From: Armatimonadota bacterium
GTDB lineage: Bacteria; Armatimonadota; DASRZA01
Direction: 5' to 3'
NCBI GenBank assembly: GCA_035686845.1
Contig: DASRZA010000252.1
Coordinates: forward strand, 2,101-66,100
DNA: 64,000 bases
Shown here: one piece after another, positions 54,286 to 63,323 of the stretch
Layout: each line of letters begins with the position of its first letter
Position numbering within the stretch: position 1 is the first letter of the stretch
Program-made: the position numbers and the translations under genes
Notes under the pieces: generated by a model
Database searches by the model: none
What the model was told of the DNA's origin: nothing
The model's input: the letters and a program-made list of their open reading frames with translations, nothing else

Positions 54286-56067
54286 ATGCCAGCCGACATT
54301 GTTTCTAACCGGCTGACCGCTTTGAAAGCGGCGACGACGGACGAGCGTCTGATCATCGCCGAAGAACTGGCGTCGCTGGCGCCGGCGGCCTCGGACCGTC
54401 TGATTGCGGCGCTGCGACATCCGAACCGCCATGCCCGGTGGGCGGCTGCGCACGCGTTGGGCCGCGGAGGTATCACAGCGGCCGGTCCTGCTCTCCGGGA
54501 ACTGCTTCAAGATCCACAGCCGAGAGTCGCGCGGACCGCGGCGTGGGCGCTCGGACGGATCCGAGACGAAGAGTCCACCCCGGCGCTCATCGCGGCGATG
54601 CGCTCTCCAAACAGCCATCTCTCGACGACCGCGGCGTGGGCGCTCGGGCGGATTGGGACACCGGACGCGCTCGAGGCGCTCTCCGCGGCGCTGGGCGAGG
54701 CGTCTCCCCGGAAGCTCCGGACCATCGCTCTCGCCTTCGCCGAGATCGGTCCCGAGGCGATTGAGTCGCTCGTCACGCTGCTTCGGACCGGATCTGTCGC
54801 CGAACGGACGCGGGCTGCGCATATCCTGGCCCGGTTCGGCGAGAATGCCGTGCCACTGATCCTCCCGCTCTTAGAATCAACCGAGGTGAAGTCGCGACGC
54901 GCGGCCGCCCATATTCTAGGGACGCTCCGGATTCCCGCGGCGGGCGCTTCCGCGAATAATCGTCGCGCGTCGATCGAGGCAGGCCTGGCAAAGGCTTTGA
55001 GTGATGAAGACAGCCGGGTGCGCCGGAACGCGGCCCGGTCTGCTGGCGCGCTGGGTTTGATTTCCGCGCGACCGGCGTTGGAGTCGCTTCTGGGCGGTGA
55101 CCCGGAGCAGGTGAGAGTTGCGGCGAACGCGCTGGCCGCGCTCGGGGATGCGGCGGCCGGCCCCGCGCTGCAATCGGTTCTGGACCGGGAGGATCCGGCT
55201 TTACCTGAAGGCCCTGCCCAGGCGGTGCGCCGGGCGCTGCACCAGATCGACCTCGCGCCGCGAGAGACGCGCAGAGTCGCTTCGCGGCTGCCCGAGGTCG
55301 ATCTGCCTTCTCGCTCTGATTACCTGGCGGTCGTTACAGCGGGGTTGGAAGCTGTGGCCTGGGAAGAGATCAGCGCGCGTTTGGCGGGCGCCTCGCTCAA
55401 ATCATTTGGCGAAGGCACGGTGACGTTTCATTGGACGGGCAGTCCGCAGGCCGGCGCGATTCTTAGATCGGTTCGTCGACTGGCGCAGGGCGGCGCCGAA
55501 CCCAAGGAAATCGCGCTCGCGCGGCGACTCCGTCGCTACCGTGTTCGCACCCTTCCGGCGTCGCTTGAACCGACGACAGCCTACGCGCTCGCTCGACTCG
55601 CTAATCAGGGGGAGCGTGATGTCTTTGTGGATCTTACGTGTGGGAGCGCCACCATCGCGATTGAGCGGGCGCTGGATGGGCCGGCTCGCGCAATATTAGC
55701 GGGAGACATTGATCCAGCCGCCCTGCAGGCCGCCGGAGAGAACGTCGCCGCGGGCGCGCAGCCGGTTCGCCTCGTGCAGTGGGATGCTCGCCGCATTCCC
55801 TTGCGCGACGAGTCGGTGAATGCCGTAGTGGCGAATCTGCCGTACGGCCGCCGGTCCGGTGAGCACCAAGAGAACCTCACGCTCTACCCGGCGATACTCC
55901 TTGAAATTGACCGCATTCTCCGCGGATCCGGCATCGCTGTTCTCCTCACCGCCGAAAAGCGCCTCCTTCGCCGATCCCTCGAATCTCATCCGAATCTCGT
56001 CCTCGTCTCCGAGCGCGAGATCGAAGCCGGTGGTCTGCGTCCGTCGCTGTTCGTGCTGCAGAAGTAA
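54286..56067 (+). CDS. HEAT-repeat (PBS lyase-like) N-terminal region fused to THUMP-like plus class-I SAM-dependent methyltransferase (m2G/N6-adenine-type, NLPY motif)
   Basis: N-terminal repeats RWAAAHALGRGG / RTAAWALGRIRD / TTAAWALGRIG / RAAHILARFG. C-terminal FVDLTCGSATIAIERAL (SAM motif I) and VVANLPYGRR (motif IV (D/N)PPY variant). Intervening THUMP-like region. Confidence 0.6.
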   Translation: MPADIVSNRLTALKAATTDERLIIAEELASLAPAASDRLIAALRHPNRHARWAAAHALGRGGITAAGPALRELLQDPQPRVARTAAWALGRIRDEESTPALIAAMRSPNSHLSTTAAWALGRIGTPDALEALSAALGEASPRKLRTIALAFAEIGPEAIESLVTLLRTGSVAERTRAAHILARFGENAVPLILPLLESTEVKSRRAAAHILGTLRIPAAGASANNRRASIEAGLAKALSDEDSRVRRNAARSAGALGLISARPALESLLGGDPEQVRVAANALAALGDAAAGPALQSVLDREDPALPEGPAQAVRRALHQIDLAPRETRRVASRLPEVDLPSRSDYLAVVTAGLEAVAWEEISARLAGASLKSFGEGTVTFHWTGSPQAGAILRSVRRLAQGGAEPKEIALARRLRRYRVRTLPASLEPTTAYALARLANQGERDVFVDLTCGSATIAIERALDGPARAILAGDIDPAALQAAGENVAAGAQPVRLVQWDARRIPLRDESVNAVVANLPYGRRSGEHQENLTLYPAILLEIDRILRGSGIAVLLTAEKRLLRRSLESHPNLVLVSEREIEAGGLRPSLFVLQK

Positions 56068-56376
56068 TGAGACAGGTGTTAACGCGATTACGGGGTTGAG
56101 ATATCGAGGTACCTTGAAGTAAGGTCGGATAAGTTATCCAAAGGACCCCCGATGCTGTATGGGGTACCGCCGCGGATCACAATGCCAACTGAGGAGCGAA
56201 CGAATAATCGTGAAGTCCGGGCAGCAAACCGCACTTTCGTTGGAAGGAATACCGCTGTCGGGAACGAAATCTTCAGTACGCAGACCGAAAAGTCACGGTG
56301 TGGCGGGTCTTGCGGGGAGCGACGCGGGAGCGCAGTTTGCGGTCAAAACTCTTCATGCGTTGAGGAGGGATAGGTA

Positions 56377-56757
56377 ATGAAGACAACGGAAACGCTATCC
56401 AAATCTTCGGAAGTTTCGAAGTCCCGATCCGAGGATGAGAATATCGCAGGCGCGAACGCAACTTTGGTGTCCGAGGGTTCGTTCTCAAACATAGAGGGCC
56501 TCGAAGAACCGCCGGCGAAGGCGCCTGCATCGGTTGGAGACGCGGCCGCGCCCGTATTGCAGTCTGGCGTGGTGGCGGCAGAACGATTACGCCGAAAGAG
56601 ACGTCATTCGACTCGAGGACGAATTCGCAGAATGATTCATCTCCACAATTGGCTGGGCGCGGCGGTTCGCTGGCTGGTGGGGCTGGCGCTGTTGATGCTT
56701 CTGGGCTGGATTCTCGTCAACTTCGTTTACCCGCAGTGGATGGGCGGAGGTAAATAG
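56377..56757 (+). CDS. small membrane-anchored protein, hypothetical
   Basis: 126 aa. SD GAGGAGGGA. Basic stretch RLRRKRRHSTRGRIRR followed by a C-terminal TM helix (WLVGLALLMLLGWILVNFVY). Confidence 0.4.
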   Translation: MKTTETLSKSSEVSKSRSEDENIAGANATLVSEGSFSNIEGLEEPPAKAPASVGDAAAPVLQSGVVAAERLRRKRRHSTRGRIRRMIHLHNWLGAAVRWLVGLALLMLLGWILVNFVYPQWMGGGK

Positions 56758-56796
56758 AGCATTAGCAGCGACGGGAAGGAGTCATTGGATTCGGGC

Positions 56797-57657
56797 TTAA
56801 ATGGTCCAGAACGGCTGTGTCCAGGCCCGCCGGCCCTTCGAGTCGGTTACCTCCACTCGAACGAATGGCTCATCGTCCGGCAGGGTAAAGCGGGCGGCTC
56901 CTCCACTCGGTGAGGTCTCCAGTTTCAGCGTTCGTCCTTCCCGGCCCACGAATCGGATGCTGGAGCATTCGGCGGATGCGACGTGTACGCAGCGGCCTTC
57001 AACTTCGATAGGGTCTATGTGCGGCCCGACAGTGGCGATAAACCGGCCGGCATTCAGCGCGGCGCGCAGCGCGGGCCAGGCGCAGTCATCGGGGTCGACA
57101 AGGAGTGAGCCATAACCAGCATCGGTGGCGATGCAGTGCATGTCATCGACTGCCACGCCCCAGCAGCGCTGACCACGCGTCAGCAGCGCGTCCCACCAGG
57201 CGACGGAATCCCCTTTACCGTTCAGCCGATAACAGACCTGGTTGGAAAGCTCTATGGCAAGGTGACCGATCAGCGGCTCGATCTGTTCCGCTGAGATCCC
57301 CATCCAATTTGGATGCGCGACGATTGCGATCGCGTCATCATTGCGGATCAGGTCAATCTGTTCCTGCAAGCTCTCGCCGCGAGGGAGTGTTTTTGAAACG
57401 CCGAGACCCGCCACGTGGGAATGAGGATGCGTCAACTCCTCGCCAGTGATGAGAATCATCCCTCGCGAATTGAGTCCCGTGAGCGGAAGCGCCACGTTAT
57501 GATCGGTGATTGCGAGGAAATCGTAACCCCGGGCCGCGTACCAGTCCACGACGGTCTGAGGATCGGCCTCGCCGTCCGACGCCGAGGTGTGCGTATGGAT
57601 ATTGCCGCGGAGCCACCGCTTACACGGGCGGTATGGATTAGTCAGCTCAGACACCAC
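56797..57657 (-). CDS. PHP-domain metal-dependent phosphoesterase
   Basis: GNIHTHTSASDGE...FLAITDHN and downstream His/Asp ligands (VAHPNW, HVASAE) typical of PHP/CehA-McbA family. Confidence 0.65.
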   Translation of the reverse strand: MVSELTNPYRPCKRWLRGNIHTHTSASDGEADPQTVVDWYAARGYDFLAITDHNVALPLTGLNSRGMILITGEELTHPHSHVAGLGVSKTLPRGESLQEQIDLIRNDDAIAIVAHPNWMGISAEQIEPLIGHLAIELSNQVCYRLNGKGDSVAWWDALLTRGQRCWGVAVDDMHCIATDAGYGSLLVDPDDCAWPALRAALNAGRFIATVGPHIDPIEVEGRCVHVASAECSSIRFVGREGRTLKLETSPSGGAARFTLPDDEPFVRVEVTDSKGRRAWTQPFWTI

Positions 57658-57663
57658 TGGTCT

Positions 57664-58530
57664 CTAAATCTTTTTCACGGCGGCTTGCATGGCCACGAGG
57701 CTCGCCTGGATGTCGGCAATGGGATTTTCGGGCTTGTCTTCGTATTCCAAAGCTGTGAGACCCTGGTAATTCATGCCGTGGAGGAGCTTGAGCAGTTCCA
57801 CCAGTTTCAAGTCGCCCTGGCCGAGGACGGTGAATTGGTTCTGGTTCTTAACATCTTTAAGATGCACATCAAAGACCCGGCGGCCGATGGTTTGCACCGC
57901 CTCGACCGGATCGACGCCCGACCGCATGTAGTGCCCGGTGTCCACGCAAGCGCCAATTCGGATATGCCGTCCCTTGATCGCGTCCGTAACGTTTTGCAGG
58001 GTGGAATAACGTGAACCGGGGCCATGATTATGAATGGCGATGCGAATCCGAAACTCGTCCACGAGCTCATCAAGTTGATCAAACGAAGCCGGGTCGGGGT
58101 CAGCGCTTAGCACCTTGATTCCCATATCGTGCGCAAACTCGAACATCTTGCGATTGGCGTCTTTATCCGCGCCGAAGCCTACCACGCCATAGTTCGGCAT
58201 TCGGATGCCGGCGATATGCAGCTTGTCCTTCACGTCGGCTACGGTTTCCGGGCTGGTATTCTCGGGAATATGGGAAGAGAATCCTTCCCAGTAAGTGAGT
58301 CCCAGAGCCATGGTTTGTTCGAGCGCCTGGTCAAAACCATATCCGCGCAGGGAGTAGCTCTGAATGCCCATCTTAAATGGCCCGTACGGCCGTGCCGACG
58401 GCGAACTGTCGGCGAAAGCGGGAGCGCCAACCGCTGCCAGCGCTGTCGCCCCTAGCGCCGCCCGTCGAAAAAACCCACGCCGGCTGATCAATTGTCGCTT
58501 CACGTATCCGCTCCCGTCTCGTCGTCCCAC
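57664..58530 (-). CDS. Tat-exported sugar-phosphate isomerase/epimerase (xylose-isomerase-like TIM barrel)
   Basis: Twin-arginine signal SRRGFFRRAALGATALAAVGAPAFA. TIM-barrel blocks (..GLTYWEGF.., HNHGPGS, ..DTGH..). Confidence 0.7.
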   Translation of the reverse strand: MGRRDGSGYVKRQLISRRGFFRRAALGATALAAVGAPAFADSSPSARPYGPFKMGIQSYSLRGYGFDQALEQTMALGLTYWEGFSSHIPENTSPETVADVKDKLHIAGIRMPNYGVVGFGADKDANRKMFEFAHDMGIKVLSADPDPASFDQLDELVDEFRIRIAIHNHGPGSRYSTLQNVTDAIKGRHIRIGACVDTGHYMRSGVDPVEAVQTIGRRVFDVHLKDVKNQNQFTVLGQGDLKLVELLKLLHGMNYQGLTALEYEDKPENPIADIQASLVAMQAAVKKI

Positions 58531-58548
58531 GCGCCGGTACCCCGCGCC

Positions 58549-59373
58549 TTACACTCGTTTTAAGGTTTCATCCAGGAACGCGTATATTCCTGCTCGATAC
58601 GCGGCGCCGCCGATTCGAAGCAGATCGTTATGATTGTGGCCGGCGCCCGGAATCGAGAGGAACCACTTCGGGTTGTTGGCGGCCTCGAAGAGTCGCTGAC
58701 CATGCAAGATCGGGATCAACCGATCTTCTTCACCATGAATCACCAGCACAGGGCCATGGTAGCCGCTGAGATTCTCAATGGAATTGAACCGGCTGCGGCA
58801 GACGTAGCGCAGCGGGACACCGCGGCACACTCGATCGATCATCTCACCCATCGTGGTGAAGCTGTGGTCGATGATCAGGGCGTGCGGCGGGTTTTCAAGC
58901 GCCATCTGAGTCGCCACAGCGCCGCCAAGAGATTCCCCATAGTAGACCAGTGGGAGTTCGCGGAGCTTAGAATCACGCCTAACCCATTCGATAATTTCCC
59001 GCGCGTCGCGATAGACGGCAGCTTCGGACGTGCTTCCCTCGCTAACTCCATAGCCTTCGTAATCAACGAGCAAAACGCTGACGGCCATGCCCCGCAGCAT
59101 CTCTACGTGCGCCACTCTATCCGATCGGTTGCCGCCGTTTCCCTGGAAATAGATCACCATCGCGCGGGGTAGGGGGTGAGGGATGTGCCAGCCGTAGATG
59201 TGCGTGCCTGGCGCCGGTTCGAGGGCGATGTCGTGAAAAGGCGGGTCGGGCGCCCCGTGCAGCCGGCGACTCGGCCAGAAGATAAAGAAATCTTCGAACA
59301 GATAGACTACGCCGGCGGCGACGGCCGCCGCGCCCGCCAGGCCGCCGATAAGTTTCAGCAGCTTCGCTTTCAC
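58549..59373 (-). CDS. alpha/beta-fold hydrolase (membrane-anchored)
   Basis: N-terminal TM. Nucleophile elbow YGESLGGAVA. Asp/His downstream (HGEEDRLIP, GAGHNH). Confidence 0.7.
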   Translation of the reverse strand: MKAKLLKLIGGLAGAAAVAAGVVYLFEDFFIFWPSRRLHGAPDPPFHDIALEPAPGTHIYGWHIPHPLPRAMVIYFQGNGGNRSDRVAHVEMLRGMAVSVLLVDYEGYGVSEGSTSEAAVYRDAREIIEWVRRDSKLRELPLVYYGESLGGAVATQMALENPPHALIIDHSFTTMGEMIDRVCRGVPLRYVCRSRFNSIENLSGYHGPVLVIHGEEDRLIPILHGQRLFEAANNPKWFLSIPGAGHNHNDLLRIGGAAYRAGIYAFLDETLKRV

Positions 59374-59702
59374 GAGGGGTTCAACACGTCTTGCAGACGA
59401 TCGTAGCAGACGAAGAGATCGGTGACACCGGTATTCTGTAGGTCTTCCAGCAATTGGCCTGAGCAGTTCACGAGCGACATGCTGCCACCGATCTGCGCGA
59501 GCCGTCCGCGGGTTGCTAAGAGGGCGCCTATCCCGGAGCTATCGATCTCGTGCGCCTCTCCCAGTTCCAGCGCCACGGTATCATAACCGCGGTCTGCGAG
59601 GTCGAGGAGCGTTGACTTCAGATTATTGGCGTCATCACCCACAATGCGGCCATCCACGTAAACGACCGGGATCTTCGTATAGACGGTGCGCAACTTGATC
59701 AC
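59370..59702 (-). CDS. STAS-domain anti-sigma-factor antagonist-like protein
   Basis: 110 aa, SpoIIAA-like pattern (...LDLADRGYDTVALELGEAHEIDSSGIGALL...). Overlaps the downstream hydrolase start by 4 nt. Confidence 0.55.
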   Translation of the reverse strand: MIKLRTVYTKIPVVYVDGRIVGDDANNLKSTLLDLADRGYDTVALELGEAHEIDSSGIGALLATRGRLAQIGGSMSLVNCSGQLLEDLQNTGVTDLFVCYDRLQDVLNPS

Positions 59703-59815
59703 GGCGCTCTCTCAAAAGATTGGAAATCTTCGTTCATCGAACCTTTGGGCGATGTCAAAGTCAGGGCCGGCGCAAGGCTGCGCGTCGATCGCAGGCGCGC
59801 TGTGACGCCGCGCTC

Positions 59816-60082
59816 TCAGGCAGACCGAAGCGCGTTGAGTCGGAGAGCGAGCCGCGATTTTCGCCGCGCGGCGGCGTTGGGGTGAATGGCGCCCTTGGAC
59901 GCCGCCCTGTCAATGCGCGAAACCGCATCCCGCAGCGCTTCTCCCGCTTCATCACCACCTGCCGCGATGGCGAGACGGGCACGGCGAATACTGCCCTTCA
60001 TCTGCCCTTTATGCATCTGGTTGCGCAGATGCCGCTCGCGCGATTTGATCACATCCTGCTTTGAGGACTTGATATTTGCCAC
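59816..60082 (-). CDS. rpsT: 30S ribosomal protein S20
   Basis: MANIKSSKQDVIKSRERHLRNQ...AIAAGGDEAGEALRDAVSRIDRAASKGAIHPNAAARRKSRLALRLNAL matches bS20 throughout. Confidence 0.9.
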   Translation of the reverse strand: MANIKSSKQDVIKSRERHLRNQMHKGQMKGSIRRARLAIAAGGDEAGEALRDAVSRIDRAASKGAIHPNAAARRKSRLALRLNALRSA

Positions 60083-60212
60083 TTATAACTCCCTCGAGAA
60101 CAACTTTGATTCGTTAGCGCCTGTCGCCAACGCCTGCTCCGAAACCTCTGCCAAACTTCGCTATTCTACCAGCAGGGCGGAGGCATGTCAACCTGGTGGC
60201 GCCCAACGGGCT

Positions 60213-62078
60213 TCAGGCCGCCCGATGAGCGTGGGGACTAACCTCACTCCTCAACTCGGTGCGGAATTCCGGGTTGGGAACAATTCGCCAGGCGTGCACG
60301 CTGCCCCATACCTCGCTGTTGAAATGGATTCGTTCCCGGTCCTCCCAGTAACTGAGCGCGTATTGCAGCACGCGCGCCTGCCATTTGTCGTTCGGCTGCA
60401 AGATATCGACTGCGAGACCGGCGGCGTGAAGATCGGGCAGATCGGACGGAGGAACGAAGCCGGGCGGGAGCGGATTCTTTCGCCTCGGCAAGGGAAATCG
60501 GGCCCGAATCTCATCCACAACCGTCTGCGGCTGCGTGAGCGCGCCCACGAGGATGGTTTCGGGACGCAGGCTCTGCTCACGATAAGTTTTTACAACCTTC
60601 GCCAGCGCGCCGATGACCTCGGGGCGAGTCACGTCAAGGGCCGGGTCGCCGGAACCGGGCAGCCCTGTGACTTTTGCGATAGCCGCGCCCGGAACCGGCG
60701 TTTTTCCGACTCGCGTGAGCCGGTTGCGTTTTCTCGCCGTGTTCACGGCCCGGACATCGGAATAGAGCCGGTCTTGAAGATCCGGATACCAGGCATCCTC
60801 CAGTCGGTAACCGGGCCGGAGAGCCTCCCATTCGTTTTTGAGTGATCGCGGATTCTTCTGATACCACTCTATGGCTCGTTCGGCCATCAAGAGCTTGAAC
60901 CAGTAGAGCCGATGGTCATCCCGCCGGCCGTATAGATAGGCGAAGGTCGCGGGAAATGCGCGAGGAGTCGTGGAGAAGAAGACACTGGAATAGCTAATCG
61001 GACGCTCGACTTTGCGGCCGGACCGGTCCTCGCCAAGAATAGCGTGGGTGACCGATCCCGCATTACTCCAACGCGCGCCGAGAAAGGTTCTAAGTGTCCG
61101 CTCCACCCCCATCTCCCCGCCATGATACGCCTCGAAGACCCAGTCCAGACTCGGATATTTTCGCCACATCCAGATGAGATACCGGGTTTGCGCAAAGAGA
61201 GCGAGCTTCGGGTCATACCGCTGGTCTACGAGGCGCCGCTGGGCGACGAGACCACGAATTTGATTCTTCCGTAACTGGATCAATTCGTCGCGGGTCCACG
61301 ACCGAGGCTGGGGAGCCATCGCTGCGGGCGCTGCGGGGGCGGTGGTCCGCGGAGTTACACTCGGTTTGTCGCCGGCGGCTCGGTTTGTCGCGGGGCGTGT
61401 CGCGGAGGCCGACCCCGCGCTGGAGTGAGCTGGCGCGGCCGCCGCAGCCGGAGGCCAGATTTCGGTGAAGCTGGATGGCAGCTTGCGCAGCCGCGCGAGG
61501 TCAGCGGCGGCGAGGTCAATCTGCGACGTTATAAGATTCGATTGGGCTTCATCAATTTTCAAGTAACCGCGGGCGCGGCCGGTGCCTGCGAGCCACTGGG
61601 CGACCCCGGCGGCCCCGGCGGAGGAGAGAGCATTGGGATCGCCTCCGGATTCCAGAAGGATGTCGGCCGCCTGTTTGCCGACGAAGTATTTCTTGAACTG
61701 TGGAACGGACATGCCCGCGCCAGCCGCGTCTTGCTTAATAAGCCCGCCGATCGTGATCTGATCCAGGGCCTGGCGAAGGATCGGCTCGACGTTCTCCGCC
61801 ACGTCGCGCACCTGATCATATGATCCGGGGCGCCCGAGCACAACCTTTTTCTGCGCGTCGATCAGCAGCTCCTCCTCGGAGGCCGATGGCGCCGCCTGGA
61901 TCAGCGGGGGTAACGGTTCTTGACCCCGTCGCGTTCTGCTGCGCACTCCGCGTTCGCCGCATCCGGCCAGGAGCGCCGGCAGCAACAACAGTGGGAGAAT
62001 GGATATCGATCGGATGTTTCTGAAAGTCATAGAATGGTTGTTGCGATCATGGGCCGCCTCATAATCCGGGCTTTCCAC
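60213..62078 (-). CDS. lipoprotein with SLT-type lytic transglycosylase domain and C-terminal M15 (VanY-like) peptidase-like domain
   Basis: Lipobox LLAGCG. SLT motifs ESGGDPNALSSAGAAGVAQW and AYHGGEMGV. C-terminal HAAGLAVDI and later His (SVHAW) consistent with the M15 zinc site. Confidence 0.5.
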   Translation of the reverse strand: MESPDYEAAHDRNNHSMTFRNIRSISILPLLLLPALLAGCGERGVRSRTRRGQEPLPPLIQAAPSASEEELLIDAQKKVVLGRPGSYDQVRDVAENVEPILRQALDQITIGGLIKQDAAGAGMSVPQFKKYFVGKQAADILLESGGDPNALSSAGAAGVAQWLAGTGRARGYLKIDEAQSNLITSQIDLAAADLARLRKLPSSFTEIWPPAAAAAPAHSSAGSASATRPATNRAAGDKPSVTPRTTAPAAPAAMAPQPRSWTRDELIQLRKNQIRGLVAQRRLVDQRYDPKLALFAQTRYLIWMWRKYPSLDWVFEAYHGGEMGVERTLRTFLGARWSNAGSVTHAILGEDRSGRKVERPISYSSVFFSTTPRAFPATFAYLYGRRDDHRLYWFKLLMAERAIEWYQKNPRSLKNEWEALRPGYRLEDAWYPDLQDRLYSDVRAVNTARKRNRLTRVGKTPVPGAAIAKVTGLPGSGDPALDVTRPEVIGALAKVVKTYREQSLRPETILVGALTQPQTVVDEIRARFPLPRRKNPLPPGFVPPSDLPDLHAAGLAVDILQPNDKWQARVLQYALSYWEDRERIHFNSEVWGSVHAWRIVPNPEFRTELRSEVSPHAHRAA

Positions 62079-62277
62079 GCTTCGAGCGTGACTCCTTCAG
62101 AGGCGTGATTTGAGATCGTCGCGCGCGCGCGGTTTGACACCCCGCTTATGCTCGCATTATACTCTTTGGGAGAGCGATAACACTTTGAGGCTTCGGCTTC
62201 CGGATCAATTGATTGACCTGATGCGGCTCTCGTTAGGAACTTTCGTGACGCTTTCAACTCTTTTTCGACGCCGAAAT

Positions 62278-63240
62278 ATGCGGTTGACCGGGTACGGGCG
62301 CCTCCTCATGCCGCCGCTCCTCGGTATCATTCTTGGGCTCTCCCCAGCGGCTGGCGTGCGATTTGCCTGCGCTGACGCTCCGTCTTCGGATAGTGGCGCC
62401 GTTACGCCGGCGGAGATTAGCCAGGCGCTAAATCTTTATTTCAGGGACGCGGCCGTTGCCCAGGTTATCCGCCAGAAGCTGGTGGATCGCGCCGCCCAGC
62501 AGGCTGGCGTCTCTGTTTCACCTCAGGAAGTGGACGCGGCGATGGCGCAATGGAACGGTGGGCAGGCGGATACCAATGGCGGTAATTTATCGCAGGGGTT
62601 CCTGACAACGGCGCTGCGGCGCGAGGAAATGCGTGAGGAAATGCTGGCGATAAAGATTATAACAAAGTCAACTCGTCTTGACAACGCGGATTTTGACCGG
62701 GTAGAGGTCCAACGGATCTGGTGTCGAACCGAGAAAGAGGCAAACGACGCGTATCAGGCGCTCATCAATGGCCGGACTCTCGGGACGCTGATTCAGGGAT
62801 TGGCTGAAAACCCACAGCTTCTGGGTAACATTGAAATCCTCCGGTACGATCAACGTCTAGATCCTGCGTCCGAGCGCACGCTCTTTACACTTAAGCGAGG
62901 CGAATGCCTCCCTCCCACGGTATCGGTCGATCCGCCGGGCTACGAGGTCCTAATTGTGGCCCGGCAAATGCCGGCGGATTCATTGACTGAGGCCGACCGG
63001 CAGGTCTTCGCGAAATCTCTTCTCCAGCAAAAAATTAGTCGATCATTGCAGGATTGGTGGGCCGCGATAGAAAAACAGGTAGAGAGCCGGAAAGCGCTAT
63101 TTTCGGGCGCTGCGCCGCCTCCCGCTGCGCCGGCGCCGGTCAAGCCCGACGCGATCAGGCCGCCGGCGCCGAAGAACGTGGGAGGCGCAGGCGGCAGCGG
63201 CGGGGCCATTGTGCTTCCGCCACCCGGACCAACGCAATAG
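62278..63240 (+). CDS. SurA-N/parvulin (PpiC)-like periplasmic chaperone-type protein
   Basis: Signal/TM LLMPPLLGIILGL. SurA-N-like helical part. Parvulin-like segment VQRIWCRTEKEANDAYQALINGRTLGTLIQ...ERTLFTLKRGECLPPTVSVDPPGYEVLIV. Start taken at ATG 62278. Confidence 0.45.
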   Translation: MRLTGYGRLLMPPLLGIILGLSPAAGVRFACADAPSSDSGAVTPAEISQALNLYFRDAAVAQVIRQKLVDRAAQQAGVSVSPQEVDAAMAQWNGGQADTNGGNLSQGFLTTALRREEMREEMLAIKIITKSTRLDNADFDRVEVQRIWCRTEKEANDAYQALINGRTLGTLIQGLAENPQLLGNIEILRYDQRLDPASERTLFTLKRGECLPPTVSVDPPGYEVLIVARQMPADSLTEADRQVFAKSLLQQKISRSLQDWWAAIEKQVESRKALFSGAAPPPAAPAPVKPDAIRPPAPKNVGGAGGSGGAIVLPPPGPTQ

Positions 63241-63323
63241 ATCGGCGGCGTCGAAGGAGGTTCGACGCAGCGTCGAAATGTTAACGATTCAAGCCGCAGC
63301 CAAAAAGCATCGGAGGAGTGAGA

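Noticed and set aside
54130-54822. 230-aa minus-strand ORF (and 53849-54181) containing LSPDLSPKREEGP
   Set aside because: Generated by reading through the duplicated hairpin element and antisense to the HEAT-MTase gene. The shared peptide is a repeat artefact.
62110-62277. Upstream extension of the SurA-like ORF
   Set aside because: No signal peptide at that start. ATG 62278 places the hydrophobic signal/anchor at the N-terminus.
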